From positions 15,436 through 79,435 of the forward strand of contig DATMQA010000120.1 of NCBI GenBank assembly GCA_035566895.1: a DNA stretch of 64,000 nucleotides, read 5' to 3'. The notes beneath the pieces are model-generated. The model was not told the DNA's origin. It saw only the letters and a list, made by a program, of their open reading frames with translations, and did no database searches. A program made the translations under genes and the position numbers. This document shows positions 16,600 to 25,395 of this stretch, piece after piece (position 1 is the stretch's first letter; each line of letters starts with the position of its first letter). Origin of the DNA: Candidatus Binatia bacterium. Lineage in GTDB: Bacteria > Verrucomicrobiota > Verrucomicrobiia > Limisphaerales > UBA8199.

Positions 16600-19500
16600 A
16601 TGCAAACTCCCGCCACTCAATCCAGGCTGTATGCGTTGACGAAATGGTGCGCCGTGGCTCTAGCGGCTTGGGTTTACGGGGGCCTGAATGCAGGCGGGCA
16701 GCCAGACCCCACGCTCGCGCAAACTCAAGCCAAATCTACCATCAAGTCCTGGTCGATGGCCGACGGTCTGCCGCACCTTTCGGTGACCTCGCTGGCGCAG
16801 ACCAGGGACGGTTACATTTGGGTCGGCACTCTGGCTGGGCTGGCTCGATTTGACGGTGTCAGGTTCAAAGTGTTCACGCCGCAAAATTGCCCGGAACTGC
16901 CCAAGAGCCGCATCGGCGGGCTCTTCGAAGGAGCGGACGGCACGCTATTTATCGCCACCGAACGCGGGGGTGGTTTGGTGGGTCTCCGCGGAGGCAGATT
17001 CGAGCGATTGCTGGGCTCCGGCCACGAACAAGACGAGATTGTCACCTGCTTAAATGAACGCTCAGGGGACTCGTTGTTGGTGGCGCGTTCCGGGGCTTTG
17101 TGGCGGTGGACGGGTGGAAGCTTGACTGAGGTCTCCACGAACCGAGCTTTCTACCCGGTATCTCCCAGCCATGTGTGCCAGGACGAACGAGGCACGGTAT
17201 GGATGGTCAGCCGCGTTGACGAACCTGGCCGGCTGCTTCGGTTAAGCTCGGGCCGGCTTGAATCCATCGCCCTGCAGGGGGCTTTGGCCGGAGGGCAGAT
17301 TCACGCGATTGCCCAGGATAAGAGCGGTCGAGTGTGGCTGGGCACTTCGCGCGGATTGGCGGTGTTGCAAGAGGACCGATTCGAGTCGGTCGAACTGCCG
17401 GAGCTGGGCACGAAGGTTGATATCAGGGACTTGGCTGCGTGCCGCGACGGCGGATTGTGGGTGTGCCGCACCAACTACTGGCAAAGGAAATACAAAGCCG
17501 GGCGCTGGGTTGGCCCTGCGACCGAGATTGCCGGCGTGCAGACCTCGCTGCAGATCCTGGGCGAAGATCGCCGGGGGAATCTCTGTTTGGGCCGATACCC
17601 TGAAGGCCTCGTCACTGCTTCCACGGATGGCCTGGTCGCCAGGATTGACTCAGCCAGCGGACTGCCTGGAGCCACCGTCTCCTGCTACCTGGAGGATCGC
17701 GAGGGTAACGAATGGCTTGGGCTCTTTGATGGAGGCCTGGTTCGCCTGCAGCCACGCCGCCTGAGCATTTTGGGCGGAAGCGCCTTGACGACCCCGGTCT
17801 ATTCGATCTGTGAAGCCCACGATGCGAGCATTTGGGTGGGCACAAGTTTTGGAGGCGTTTACCGATTCCAGGGGACCAATACGACGCGGTATGGCGCAAG
17901 CGATCTGCCCTTAACCGACATTTGGTCCTTGTTCGAGGACAGTCGGTCCAATTTATGGGTCGGCACCTCCTCCCACGGCGTCTATCAATTCCACGGCGAT
18001 CACTGTGTTCCGATGTTCGACCGGGCCCGCATTTCCGACCGGGTGGACGCCATTTATGAGGATCCGCAGGGTCGAATCTGGTTCGGACATTGGAGCGGCC
18101 TCGCTTGCTATGCCAACGGGCAGTTAACCAAGATGTCCATGCCTTGGTTCTCGGATGAGTACGAGGTGGTGGCGATTGTCGCGGACAGGCAGGACCGGCT
18201 CTGGCTGGGCACAAAAGGAGCGGGGTTGTTCTGTCTGCACGATGGCAAGTTCACCGCTTACACCACCGCGAACGGCCTCTTGAGCAATTTGGCCTGGTCC
18301 CTTTTCGTGGATCACGACGACCGGCTTTGGGTCGGCACCGCTGACGGCGGATTAAGTTGCTTGCACGACGGCAAGTTTGCGAACTTCACGACCCGTGACG
18401 GTCTGGCGGACGAGACGGTTTGCCACATCATCGAGGATTCAAGAAGGCGGCTGTGGTTGAGTTCACCGCACGGGATATTTTCCGTGGATAAAACAGCCCT
18501 CGAATCCTTCGCGCGCGGGGAGACGGGGAGTTTTTCCTGTGCCAGCTTCGATCAGTCTGACGGGATGCTGTCCGCCGCCTGCACGTGCGCCTTCCAACCC
18601 TCCGGCTGCCTGACCCGGGATGGCCGTTTGCTTTTTCCAACTCTAAAGGGAGTCGTCGTCGTGGGTCCGGAGGCAGTAGAGGCTAACACGCTGTCGCCCC
18701 CAGTGCTCATTGAAGAAGTAACTGTGGATGGAAAACCCTACAGCCTCGCGGGACCAGCCACAATTATAGCGCCTGCGGGCAAGACCCGCTTGGGAATTCG
18801 CTACACGGCTCTCAGCTTTTCGGCACCGGAGAAAGTGCGCTTCAAGTATCGCATGGAGGGCTTGGACTCGGCCTGGGTGGACGGTGGTACGAAGCGGATT
18901 GTGGACTATTCGTACCTGCCGCACGGGCGCTACAAATTCCAGGTGCAGGCTTGCAACAATGATGGGGCTTGGAGCACACAGGGGGCAAAGTTTGAACTCA
19001 TCATTCCGCCCCACTTTTGGCAGACGTGGTGGTTCGTCGGGACAGCGTTGCTTAGCAGCGGCGCGGGCATCGCGTTCGCCGCCCGGCGCATTGAGAATGT
19101 CAAGGCGCAACGAAGGCTTGAGCGCCAGCAGCAAGCGCATCTGGTCGAACTCGAACGCGCGCGCATCGCCAGGGATTTCCACGATGACATCGGTTCCTGT
19201 CTGACGCACGTGATCGTGCTTAGCGAACTAGTCAAGGGAGATAAATCGCGGCCCACGGAAGTCGAAGCTCATGCTGCGATGATTGGCAACACAGCCCGGA
19301 ACGCCGTGCGAGGGTTAGGGACGATTATTTGGGCCGTTAACCCCCGAAATGACACGCTCGACAGTCTCGTGCAGTACATCAGCCAATACTCGTATGACTT
19401 TTTCCAAGCAACGCCGATTTGCTGTCATCTGGACCTGCCGGCCGAGGTCCCACCTGTGCCGCTCACAGCCGAGGTGCGGCATAATTTATTCATGGTAATC

Positions 19501-19791
19501 AAGGAGGCGCTAAACAATATCCTCAAACATTCCCAAGCCTCGGAAGCGCGTTTGTGGCTGAGACTGCAAGATGGGGTTCTTGAGATTCGCGTGGAAGATA
19601 ACGGGCGCGGCTTTAATGTCGGCCTTGCCGCGGCAAGCCAGCGTAGCGGCCTGGCAAATATGCGTCACCGGACCGAGGCGATTGGCGCCTCGCTGCAAAT
19701 TGACAGTCGCCAAGGGGCCGGAACCTGCATTCGCGTGCAACTGCCATATCCAACGAAGGAAGGTTCCGTTTGCACAATCCGTGGAAGCTGA
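16600..19791 (+). CDS. Sensor histidine kinase with periplasmic beta-propeller repeats + Y_Y_Y domain, HisKA_3 + HATPase
   Basis: Many repeats of the type LWVGT..GL..., then a Y_Y_Y-like region (YKFQVQACNNDGAWS), a TM segment, the H-box ARDFHDDIGSCLTHV, and an ATPase N/G box (HNLFMVIKEALNNILKH...DNGRGF). Confidence 0.9.
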   Translation: MQTPATQSRLYALTKWCAVALAAWVYGGLNAGGQPDPTLAQTQAKSTIKSWSMADGLPHLSVTSLAQTRDGYIWVGTLAGLARFDGVRFKVFTPQNCPELPKSRIGGLFEGADGTLFIATERGGGLVGLRGGRFERLLGSGHEQDEIVTCLNERSGDSLLVARSGALWRWTGGSLTEVSTNRAFYPVSPSHVCQDERGTVWMVSRVDEPGRLLRLSSGRLESIALQGALAGGQIHAIAQDKSGRVWLGTSRGLAVLQEDRFESVELPELGTKVDIRDLAACRDGGLWVCRTNYWQRKYKAGRWVGPATEIAGVQTSLQILGEDRRGNLCLGRYPEGLVTASTDGLVARIDSASGLPGATVSCYLEDREGNEWLGLFDGGLVRLQPRRLSILGGSALTTPVYSICEAHDASIWVGTSFGGVYRFQGTNTTRYGASDLPLTDIWSLFEDSRSNLWVGTSSHGVYQFHGDHCVPMFDRARISDRVDAIYEDPQGRIWFGHWSGLACYANGQLTKMSMPWFSDEYEVVAIVADRQDRLWLGTKGAGLFCLHDGKFTAYTTANGLLSNLAWSLFVDHDDRLWVGTADGGLSCLHDGKFANFTTRDGLADETVCHIIEDSRRRLWLSSPHGIFSVDKTALESFARGETGSFSCASFDQSDGMLSAACTCAFQPSGCLTRDGRLLFPTLKGVVVVGPEAVEANTLSPPVLIEEVTVDGKPYSLAGPATIIAPAGKTRLGIRYTALSFSAPEKVRFKYRMEGLDSAWVDGGTKRIVDYSYLPHGRYKFQVQACNNDGAWSTQGAKFELIIPPHFWQTWWFVGTALLSSGAGIAFAARRIENVKAQRRLERQQQAHLVELERARIARDFHDDIGSCLTHVIVLSELVKGDKSRPTEVEAHAAMIGNTARNAVRGLGTIIWAVNPRNDTLDSLVQYISQYSYDFFQATPICCHLDLPAEVPPVPLTAEVRHNLFMVIKEALNNILKHSQASEARLWLRLQDGVLEIRVEDNGRGFNVGLAAASQRSGLANMRHRTEAIGASLQIDSRQGAGTCIRVQLPYPTKEGSVCTIRGS

Positions 19792-19807
19792 TTCGAAACG
19801 TGAAAAT

Positions 19808-20434
19808 ATGAGCATCTCGGTGGCATTGGTGGAGGACAACGATGACCTGCGGATGAGTATGAAGAACCTTCTCAAGAGGTCGCCTCGGCTTCGGGTCGTG
19901 GCCGACTATGCGGACGCCGAATCAACCCTGGCAGATATCGCCCGGCACAAACCGGACGTGGTTCTGATGGATGTCAAACTGCCGAAAATGGATGGAGTCG
20001 AGTGCGTCAGGGTCTTGAAAGGCCTTATGCCCACCGTGGTCATCATTATGCTGACAGTTCATGACGACAACGATTCCCTCTTCAACTCCATCCTGGCAGG
20101 CGCTGATGGCTTTCTGCTCAAAGACACTGTTCCGTCCCGGCTCGTGGAAGCTATCGAGGAAGTCAGCCATGGCGGTTCACCGATGACGCCACAAATTGCT
20201 CGCCGCATTGTGCAGCGCTTCCGCAAAAGCGACCCGGTACCAGCCGACATGGAGAATCTCACGCCTCGCGAACGGGAGGTTCTGGAGGAACTCGCCCTCG
20301 GGAATCGATATAAGGAGATTAGCGACCGATTGGGCATTAGCCTGGATGGCATCCGTTTCCATATTCGCGGCGTCTATCAGAAGTTACATGTCCACTCCCG
20401 AACGGAAGCGGTGTTAAAGTACCTGAGGCGGTAA
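19808..20434 (+). CDS. NarL/FixJ-family response regulator (REC + LuxR HTH)
   Basis: [15 protein letters not shown]...[13 protein letters not shown], followed by [43 protein letters not shown]. The ATG at 19808 is 17 nt after the kinase stop. The longer listed ORF (19571) overlaps the kinase gene. Confidence 0.92.
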   Translation: MSISVALVEDNDDLRMSMKNLLKRSPRLRVVADYADAESTLADIARHKPDVVLMDVKLPKMDGVECVRVLKGLMPTVVIIMLTVHDDNDSLFNSILAGADGFLLKDTVPSRLVEAIEEVSHGGSPMTPQIARRIVQRFRKSDPVPADMENLTPREREVLEELALGNRYKEISDRLGISLDGIRFHIRGVYQKLHVHSRTEAVLKYLRR

Positions 20435-20558
20435 TTGGCAAGGTTGGAAATACGCGCTCGCATTCCGACGATCACAAAAAGGCAATGTCGCGCACGCGAT
20501 TCATCGCTCTTTTTTGACGTTGCAACCCGCACCGGATAGCTTAATTACAGAAATCGCT

Positions 20559-21905
20559 ATGCCCTACAAAGCCTGGTTTCAATGCATCAACCCTGAATGC
20601 GGCGCCACCTATCCGCTTAACTCTATCGTGTACCAATGCGAGCGCTGCCAGTCGCTGCTGGAGGTGAAGCACGATACCCAGGCCCTGGCTCAGCGCAGCG
20701 CCGCCGCATGGATGAAACTCTTCGAGGACCGTTACAAAAGCAACGAGTGGCCCTACGGCTCTGGTGTGTGGGGCAAAAAGGAATGGATTCTTCCCCAAAT
20801 CGACAACAACAATATCGTTTCGCTTTACGAGGGAGGCACCAACCTCTTCTGGGCTGAGCGCTTCAGCAAAGTCATCGGCCTTAAGGACCTTTGGATAAAA
20901 CTCTGCGGCAACACCCACAGTGGGTCCTTTAAAGACCTTGGCATGACTGTCCTGGTTTCCCAGGTCAAACAAATGATTTCCGAAGGCGCCCCCATTAAAG
21001 CCGTCGCCTGCGCCTCGACCGGTGACACCTCAGCCGCGCTCGCCACTTACTGCGCCGCCGCTGGCATTCAATCGATTGTCCTGTTGCCACGCGGCAAAAT
21101 TTCGCTCGCCCAATTGGTTCAGCCGATTTCCAACGGCGCACTCGTGCTTTACCTGGATACCGATTTCGACGGTTGCATGAAGCTCGTGCAGGAAATCACT
21201 AAAGACCCAACGCTTTACCTCGCCAACTCGATGAATTCCCTGCGCGTCGAAGGCCAGAAGACCGTCGGCATCGAAATCGTCCAGCAGTTCGACTGGGAAG
21301 CGCCCGACGTCATCATCATTCCTGGGGGCAACCTCGGCAACGTCTCCGCTCTGGGCAAAGGCCTGATGATGATGAAAGACCTCGGGCTCATCGCCAAGCT
21401 GCCGCGGATTGCTGTCGCGCAGGCTCAACGAGCCAACCCGCTATATCGCTCTTATCTGCGCAACTTCGAAGTTTTCGAACCCATCGAGGCTCAGAAAACC
21501 CTCGCCAGCGCCATCCAGATCGGCAACCCGGTCAGCTTTCAAAAAGCGGTGCGCACGCTCAAACAGTTCAACGGGATCGTCGAGCAGGCCAGCGAAGAGG
21601 AACTGGCGGATGCCGCTGCGCTCGGTGACCGAACCGGCATGTTCAACTGCCCTCACACAGGCGTCGCGCTGGCGGTTCTGCTGAAACTGCTCAAGGCCGG
21701 CAAAATTGACAAAGCCGAGCGGGTGGTGGTGATCTCCACCGCCCACGGCCTGAAATTTGTCGAGATGAAGGTCAAATACCACAAGGGCGAACTCGACTTT
21801 CCGGCCCGTCACGCCAACCAACCGCTGGAACTACCAGCCCGGCTCGACGCGGTCAAAGACGCCCTGCATAAATCGCTGGAAAGCCGCAGCGAGTTCCAGG
21901 CTTGA
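20559..21905 (+). CDS. thrC: Threonine synthase (with N-terminal Cys4 zinc-ribbon)
   Basis: [30 protein letters not shown]..., a PLP-lysine region [11 protein letters not shown], and the threonine synthase fold throughout. Confidence 0.92.
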   Translation: MPYKAWFQCINPECGATYPLNSIVYQCERCQSLLEVKHDTQALAQRSAAAWMKLFEDRYKSNEWPYGSGVWGKKEWILPQIDNNNIVSLYEGGTNLFWAERFSKVIGLKDLWIKLCGNTHSGSFKDLGMTVLVSQVKQMISEGAPIKAVACASTGDTSAALATYCAAAGIQSIVLLPRGKISLAQLVQPISNGALVLYLDTDFDGCMKLVQEITKDPTLYLANSMNSLRVEGQKTVGIEIVQQFDWEAPDVIIIPGGNLGNVSALGKGLMMMKDLGLIAKLPRIAVAQAQRANPLYRSYLRNFEVFEPIEAQKTLASAIQIGNPVSFQKAVRTLKQFNGIVEQASEEELADAAALGDRTGMFNCPHTGVALAVLLKLLKAGKIDKAERVVVISTAHGLKFVEMKVKYHKGELDFPARHANQPLELPARLDAVKDALHKSLESRSEFQA

Positions 21906-21981
21906 GGGCGACATCAACGAACCAACGCGGTTTAACCCGAGGAACGCCGAACCAGTACCCGTGAATCGCCGACGGTGGACT

Positions 21982-22923
21982 TCATGGCGCCACTTCCTGC
22001 GGCCCCTTCCCTCCATTGACCAAAAACAACACTGCCATCCGCACCGCCAGCCCATTCGTTACCTGTTCCAAAATCACTGAGCGACCGGAGTCGGCTATCT
22101 CGCTGTCGATTTCCACCCCCCGATTGATTGGACCGGGATGCATGATGAGTGCATCGGGCTTCGTGCGCGTCAGCCGTGCTTTGGTCAGCCCGAACAGGTT
22201 GCTGTATTCGCCCAGACTCGGAAACATCGTCCTGCGCTGCCGCTCGTGCTGGATGCGCAGCAGGTTGATAATGTCCGCGTCACGAATGGCCTCTTCCACA
22301 TTGTGAGTCACCCGGCAGCCCATCTGCTCAAACACCCGCGGCACCAGCGTCGAGGGTCCGCACAGCGTCACCTTCGCCCCGAGCTTCGTCAGCGCCCAAA
22401 TGTCCGAGCGTGCCACCCGGCTGTAAAGAATGTCCCCGAGAATTGTCACGTTCAGCCCTTCAATCCGCCCTTTCTTTTCGCGGATGGTGAAAACATCCAG
22501 TAAGGCTTGCGTCGGATGCTCGTGCGCCCCGTCTCCTGCGTTGATCACGCTGGCATTGAGAACCCGCGCCAGGAAGTGGGGCGCCCCTGAGGCGCTGTGG
22601 CGGATGACGATGAAATCCGCATTCAGAGCCTCCAGATTGCGCGCCGTGTCTTTGAGCGTTTCGCCTTTCTTCAGCGAAGAGGCTTCCGCGGTGAAATTGA
22701 TGATGTCGGCCGAAAGCCGTTGCTCGGAGAGCTCGAAACTGATGCGCGTCCGGGTCGAAGGTTCGACGAACAAATTCACCACGGTTTTACCGCGCAAGGC
22801 CGGGACCTTCTTAATCGCCCGTTGGCCCACCTCCTTGAACGCGCGGGCGGTGTCCAGCGCCGTGAGGATTTCTTCCGCGGTGAGCGACTCTATATCGAGC
22901 AGATGTTTGCGTTTCCAGCTCAT
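21982..22923 (-). CDS. pyrB: Aspartate carbamoyltransferase catalytic subunit
   Basis: [19 protein letters not shown] and [12 protein letters not shown] motifs. ATG at 22923 ([14 protein letters not shown]...). Confidence 0.93.
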   Translation of the reverse strand: MSWKRKHLLDIESLTAEEILTALDTARAFKEVGQRAIKKVPALRGKTVVNLFVEPSTRTRISFELSEQRLSADIINFTAEASSLKKGETLKDTARNLEALNADFIVIRHSASGAPHFLARVLNASVINAGDGAHEHPTQALLDVFTIREKKGRIEGLNVTILGDILYSRVARSDIWALTKLGAKVTLCGPSTLVPRVFEQMGCRVTHNVEEAIRDADIINLLRIQHERQRRTMFPSLGEYSNLFGLTKARLTRTKPDALIMHPGPINRGVEIDSEIADSGRSVILEQVTNGLAVRMAVLFLVNGGKGPQEVAP

Positions 22924-23002
22924 CGGGGCAATGCTGCGATGACGGAAAGGGGGGTTGAGCAAGTGGGGTTGCAAGCTCTCCAATATCTACTCCAATACTG
23001 CA

Positions 23003-23545
23003 TCACGGCGCTCCTTTTTTTTCCACCACGACCTCATCCACGCCGCCCATTTCGGTCAATCGCACGTGGATGTCTTCATCCAGAGAGGTGGGTACGTTTT
23101 TCCCCACGAAATCAGCCTTGATGGGGAGTTCACGGTGCCCCCGATCAATTAAGACCGCCAATTGAATACATTTTGGACGGCCAAAATCATTTAGCGCATC
23201 CATCGCTGCCCGGACGGTCCGCCCGCTGAAAAGCACATCATCTACCAGCACAACCGTCTTGCCGGTCACATCAAACGGAATGATCGTCGGCTGCATGTTA
23301 GGAGCGACTCGTTGGTCCAGATCATCGCGGTGCATGCTCACGTCCAGGCTGCCGATCGGAACTGGTTGCCTCCAGATTCCCGTCAGCAGCACGCCCCACC
23401 GCTGGGCCAACGGCACTCCCCCACGCTGGATACCCACCACCACCACCTCGCTTCCGGCTTCGTTTCGTTCGGCGATCTCGTGAGCGATCCGCGTTAGGGC
23501 CCGCTGCATTGCCCCGGCATTCAGAATAAGGGTGGATTCAGGCAT
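23003..23545 (-). CDS. pyrR: PyrR bifunctional pyrimidine regulatory protein / uracil phosphoribosyltransferase
   Basis: [19 protein letters not shown]..., [13 protein letters not shown], and the PRPP motif [24 protein letters not shown] at 23545. Confidence 0.9.
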   Translation of the reverse strand: MPESTLILNAGAMQRALTRIAHEIAERNEAGSEVVVVGIQRGGVPLAQRWGVLLTGIWRQPVPIGSLDVSMHRDDLDQRVAPNMQPTIIPFDVTGKTVVLVDDVLFSGRTVRAAMDALNDFGRPKCIQLAVLIDRGHRELPIKADFVGKNVPTSLDEDIHVRLTEMGGVDEVVVEKKGAP

Positions 23546-23569
23546 ACCGTGGGAGAAGCTCCAAATTCC

Positions 23570-23595
23570 AAAAACTGCCGCCAGCAATTGGCGGC
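23570..23595 (-). terminator. Intrinsic terminator-like hairpin 25 nt upstream of the pyrR ATG
   Basis: In the minus-strand RNA: GCCGCCA-AUUGC-UGGCGGC (7-bp perfect GC-rich stem, 23595->23577), followed by AG UUUUU (23576->23570). Confidence 0.6.
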
Positions 23596-23649
23596 GCTAC
23601 GGAACCGGGGCGATTCCCCGACGAAAACAGCCCGGGAAACGGTGGAATT

Positions 23650-23702
23650 GGAGCTTGGTGTTTGGAGCTTTTCTGGAGCTTGGTGTTTGGAGCTTGGTGT
23701 TT
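23650..23702. repeat. Tandem 14-bp repeat GGAGCTTGGTGTTT (3 full copies + 1 truncated) in the pyrR leader
   Basis: Full copies at 23650-23663, 23675-23688 and 23689-23702. A truncated GGAGCTTTTCT lies at 23664-23674. A complementary AAGCTCCAAATTCC sits at 23556-23569. Confidence 0.85.
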
Positions 23703-23732
23703 GCTGAAGGGGATCCATCGTGAGGCACAATA

Positions 23733-23745
23733 GCTCTCTCTCGGG
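23733..23745 (-). promoter_or_regulatory. PyrR-binding-loop-like motif (weak resemblance only)
   Basis: The minus-strand RNA reads CCCGAGAGAGAGC, against the PyrR box core UCCAGAGAGGCU. The match requires two indels. Confidence 0.2.
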
Positions 23746-23829
23746 CGCTCCGCCCTGTCCTCGAACAAATTGTTTAGCATCAGTTCCTTAGCAGCCTCGC
23801 GGGACTGCCTTAAAGGAGCCGCAGCACGT

Positions 23830-24054
23830 CTAACGGCTTGCTGCTGCGGCCTGCCGGCTCTTACGCCATTTCGAGCGGTGCTTGATGATCCAGTCGGTCA
23901 AGGCCCGCTCAAAACCAATATCCCGCCCCGCTTTTTCCGACTCAATCCACTTGTGCTTAAGGATTTCCTCTCGCTCGGCCTGAAACTCGCGGTAGAGCGT
24001 CGAGTTCTTCAGCAAATCACTCGCCGAGAGGGCCTCTTTCGTGTCGTCAGCCAT
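23830..24054 (-). CDS. Small conserved-looking protein of unknown function (KHKWIESEKAGRDIG motif)
   Basis: 74-80 aa, charged and helical: ...EREEILKHKWIESEKAGRDIGFERALTDWIIKHRSKW... ATG at 24054 (alternative 24072). Confidence 0.55.
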   Translation of the reverse strand: MADDTKEALSASDLLKNSTLYREFQAEREEILKHKWIESEKAGRDIGFERALTDWIIKHRSKWRKSRQAAAASR

Positions 24055-24224
24055 AATCGCGCGCTCAAACATTGTGTTGCGAAATCAAATCTAAGCATTG
24101 TTAAGGAACTTTGACAACGTCAAAGTGCAACTTTTCGCTCGTATGTTTGCACTATCTAAAAATGTTCTCAAACTTCCAGCTTGTTACTTAAAGTCTACCA
24201 CGAAAACGCAAAAAGGCCTTCAAA

Positions 24225-25283
24225 TTATTGGAGTTTCTCCCGCAAGGCTTCGGCAATTCTAATGAAAGCGCTGCCCGGCGGTTGCTTAGGCGCCGATACA
24301 ACCACCGGCAACCCTTTGTCTCCACCTTCCCTAACTTCCGTGAAAATAGGAACTTCCCCAAGAAACGAGACATTCTGGCGCTTCGCTTCGGCTTGCCCCC
24401 CACCGTGCCCAAAGATTTCCACACGTTCCCCGGTAGGGGTAGTGTAGTAACTCATGTTTTCCACGATACCGAGGATAGGAACATTGACCTTCAAAAACAT
24501 CGCAATGCCCTTCCGGACCACCCCCAGGGATGCCTCCTGGGGGGTGGTCACAATTACCCCACCGTCCAGCGGTACGGTTTGGCAGAGTGTAAGCTGGGCA
24601 TCCCCGGTGCCGGGTGGCAAATCCACCAGCAGAAAGTCCAGTTCGCCCCACTCAACGGCGCTGAAGAATTGCTGGATGGTCTTCATGATCATCGGCCCGC
24701 GCCAAATCACTGGTTGATCTCCTTCCAGGAGCAATCCCATGCTCATGAGTTTCACACCGTGATTAGCGGGCGGGACCATCTTATCCTCGTCACTAATCGT
24801 CGGTTTCTGGTGGACGCCCATCATCAACGGAATGGAGGGACCGTAAATGTCGCAGTCCAAAAGGCCCACTCTCGCCCCCAGATGTTTCAGTCCGCAGGCA
24901 AGGTTGACCGAAACGGTCGATTTGCCCACGCCACCCTTGCCGCTGGCTACCGCCACAATCCGCCGGATGCCCGGCACTCGAGCCTGCTGGGACCAAGGAG
25001 TTTGCGCTCCGGCAGCCGCCGGTGCCGGCGCCGCGCTCGGTTGATTGACCTCTACGTAAACGGCTTTTACCCCGGGCAAAGCACGCAGCGCTTGTTCGCA
25101 TTCGGTTTTGATTTGCCGCGCGGCTTCCGGGTTGCCGCTGGTCAGATTCATACTGACGCTGACTGCACCATCCTTGACGGCGATCTGTTTGACCAGCCCA
25201 AACGAAAGGATGTCGCGCGTGTAACCGGGGTATTTCACCGCCTTAAGAGCGGTTTTAACATCGTCTTCGGTGAGCATGATCAC
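24225..25283 (-). CDS. apbC: Mrp/NBP35-family Fe-S cluster carrier ATPase
   Basis: N-terminal DUF59-like region (TEDDVKTALKAVKYPGYTRDILSFGLVK), a deviant Walker A motif ASGKGGVGKSTVSVNLA, and a CxxC-containing C-terminal half. Confidence 0.92.
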   Translation of the reverse strand: MIMLTEDDVKTALKAVKYPGYTRDILSFGLVKQIAVKDGAVSVSMNLTSGNPEAARQIKTECEQALRALPGVKAVYVEVNQPSAAPAPAAAGAQTPWSQQARVPGIRRIVAVASGKGGVGKSTVSVNLACGLKHLGARVGLLDCDIYGPSIPLMMGVHQKPTISDEDKMVPPANHGVKLMSMGLLLEGDQPVIWRGPMIMKTIQQFFSAVEWGELDFLLVDLPPGTGDAQLTLCQTVPLDGGVIVTTPQEASLGVVRKGIAMFLKVNVPILGIVENMSYYTTPTGERVEIFGHGGGQAEAKRQNVSFLGEVPIFTEVREGGDKGLPVVVSAPKQPPGSAFIRIAEALREKLQ

Positions 25284-25395
25284 GTCTTCAATTATCGTCT
25301 CCGTGATTTATAGCGTGAAATTCCAATATTGGCACTCTGTCAATGTGCCGGACAGGCTGGCGATCACAACCCCAAATGTCTATGTTGCCGGGTAG

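Noticed and set aside
20486-20518. Possible thr-type attenuator upstream of thrC: short [13 protein letters not shown] plus hairpin GCGA-TTCA-TCGC followed by T6
   Set aside because: The peptide has only one Thr and one Ile, so there is no regulatory codon run. The stem is only 4-5 bp. I found no alternative pairing. It is more likely a weak terminator of the response-regulator gene, or chance.
23650-23702. Tandem repeats here and at 44651-44708, 38487-38521 and 3215-3350 considered as CRISPR arrays
   Set aside because: The units are 7-14 bp with no unique spacers between them, and no cas genes are present. They do not have CRISPR architecture.
24228-25313. 361-aa plus-strand ORF, longer than the gene it overlaps
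   Set aside because: It is fully antisense to the Mrp/ApbC gene, which has unambiguous P-loop and family motifs. The antisense product is Arg/Pro/Gly/His-rich with no recognisable motif. This is typical of stop-poor shadow frames in GC-rich DNA.
25284-25395. TPP riboswitch upstream of the TPP-dependent decarboxylase, and SAM riboswitch upstream of metX-metW (8612-8752)
   Set aside because: I could not find the conserved cores (for example the CUGAGA … ACCUGA elements of the THI box, or SAM-I/SAM-II signatures). A covariance-model scan would be needed to exclude them formally.
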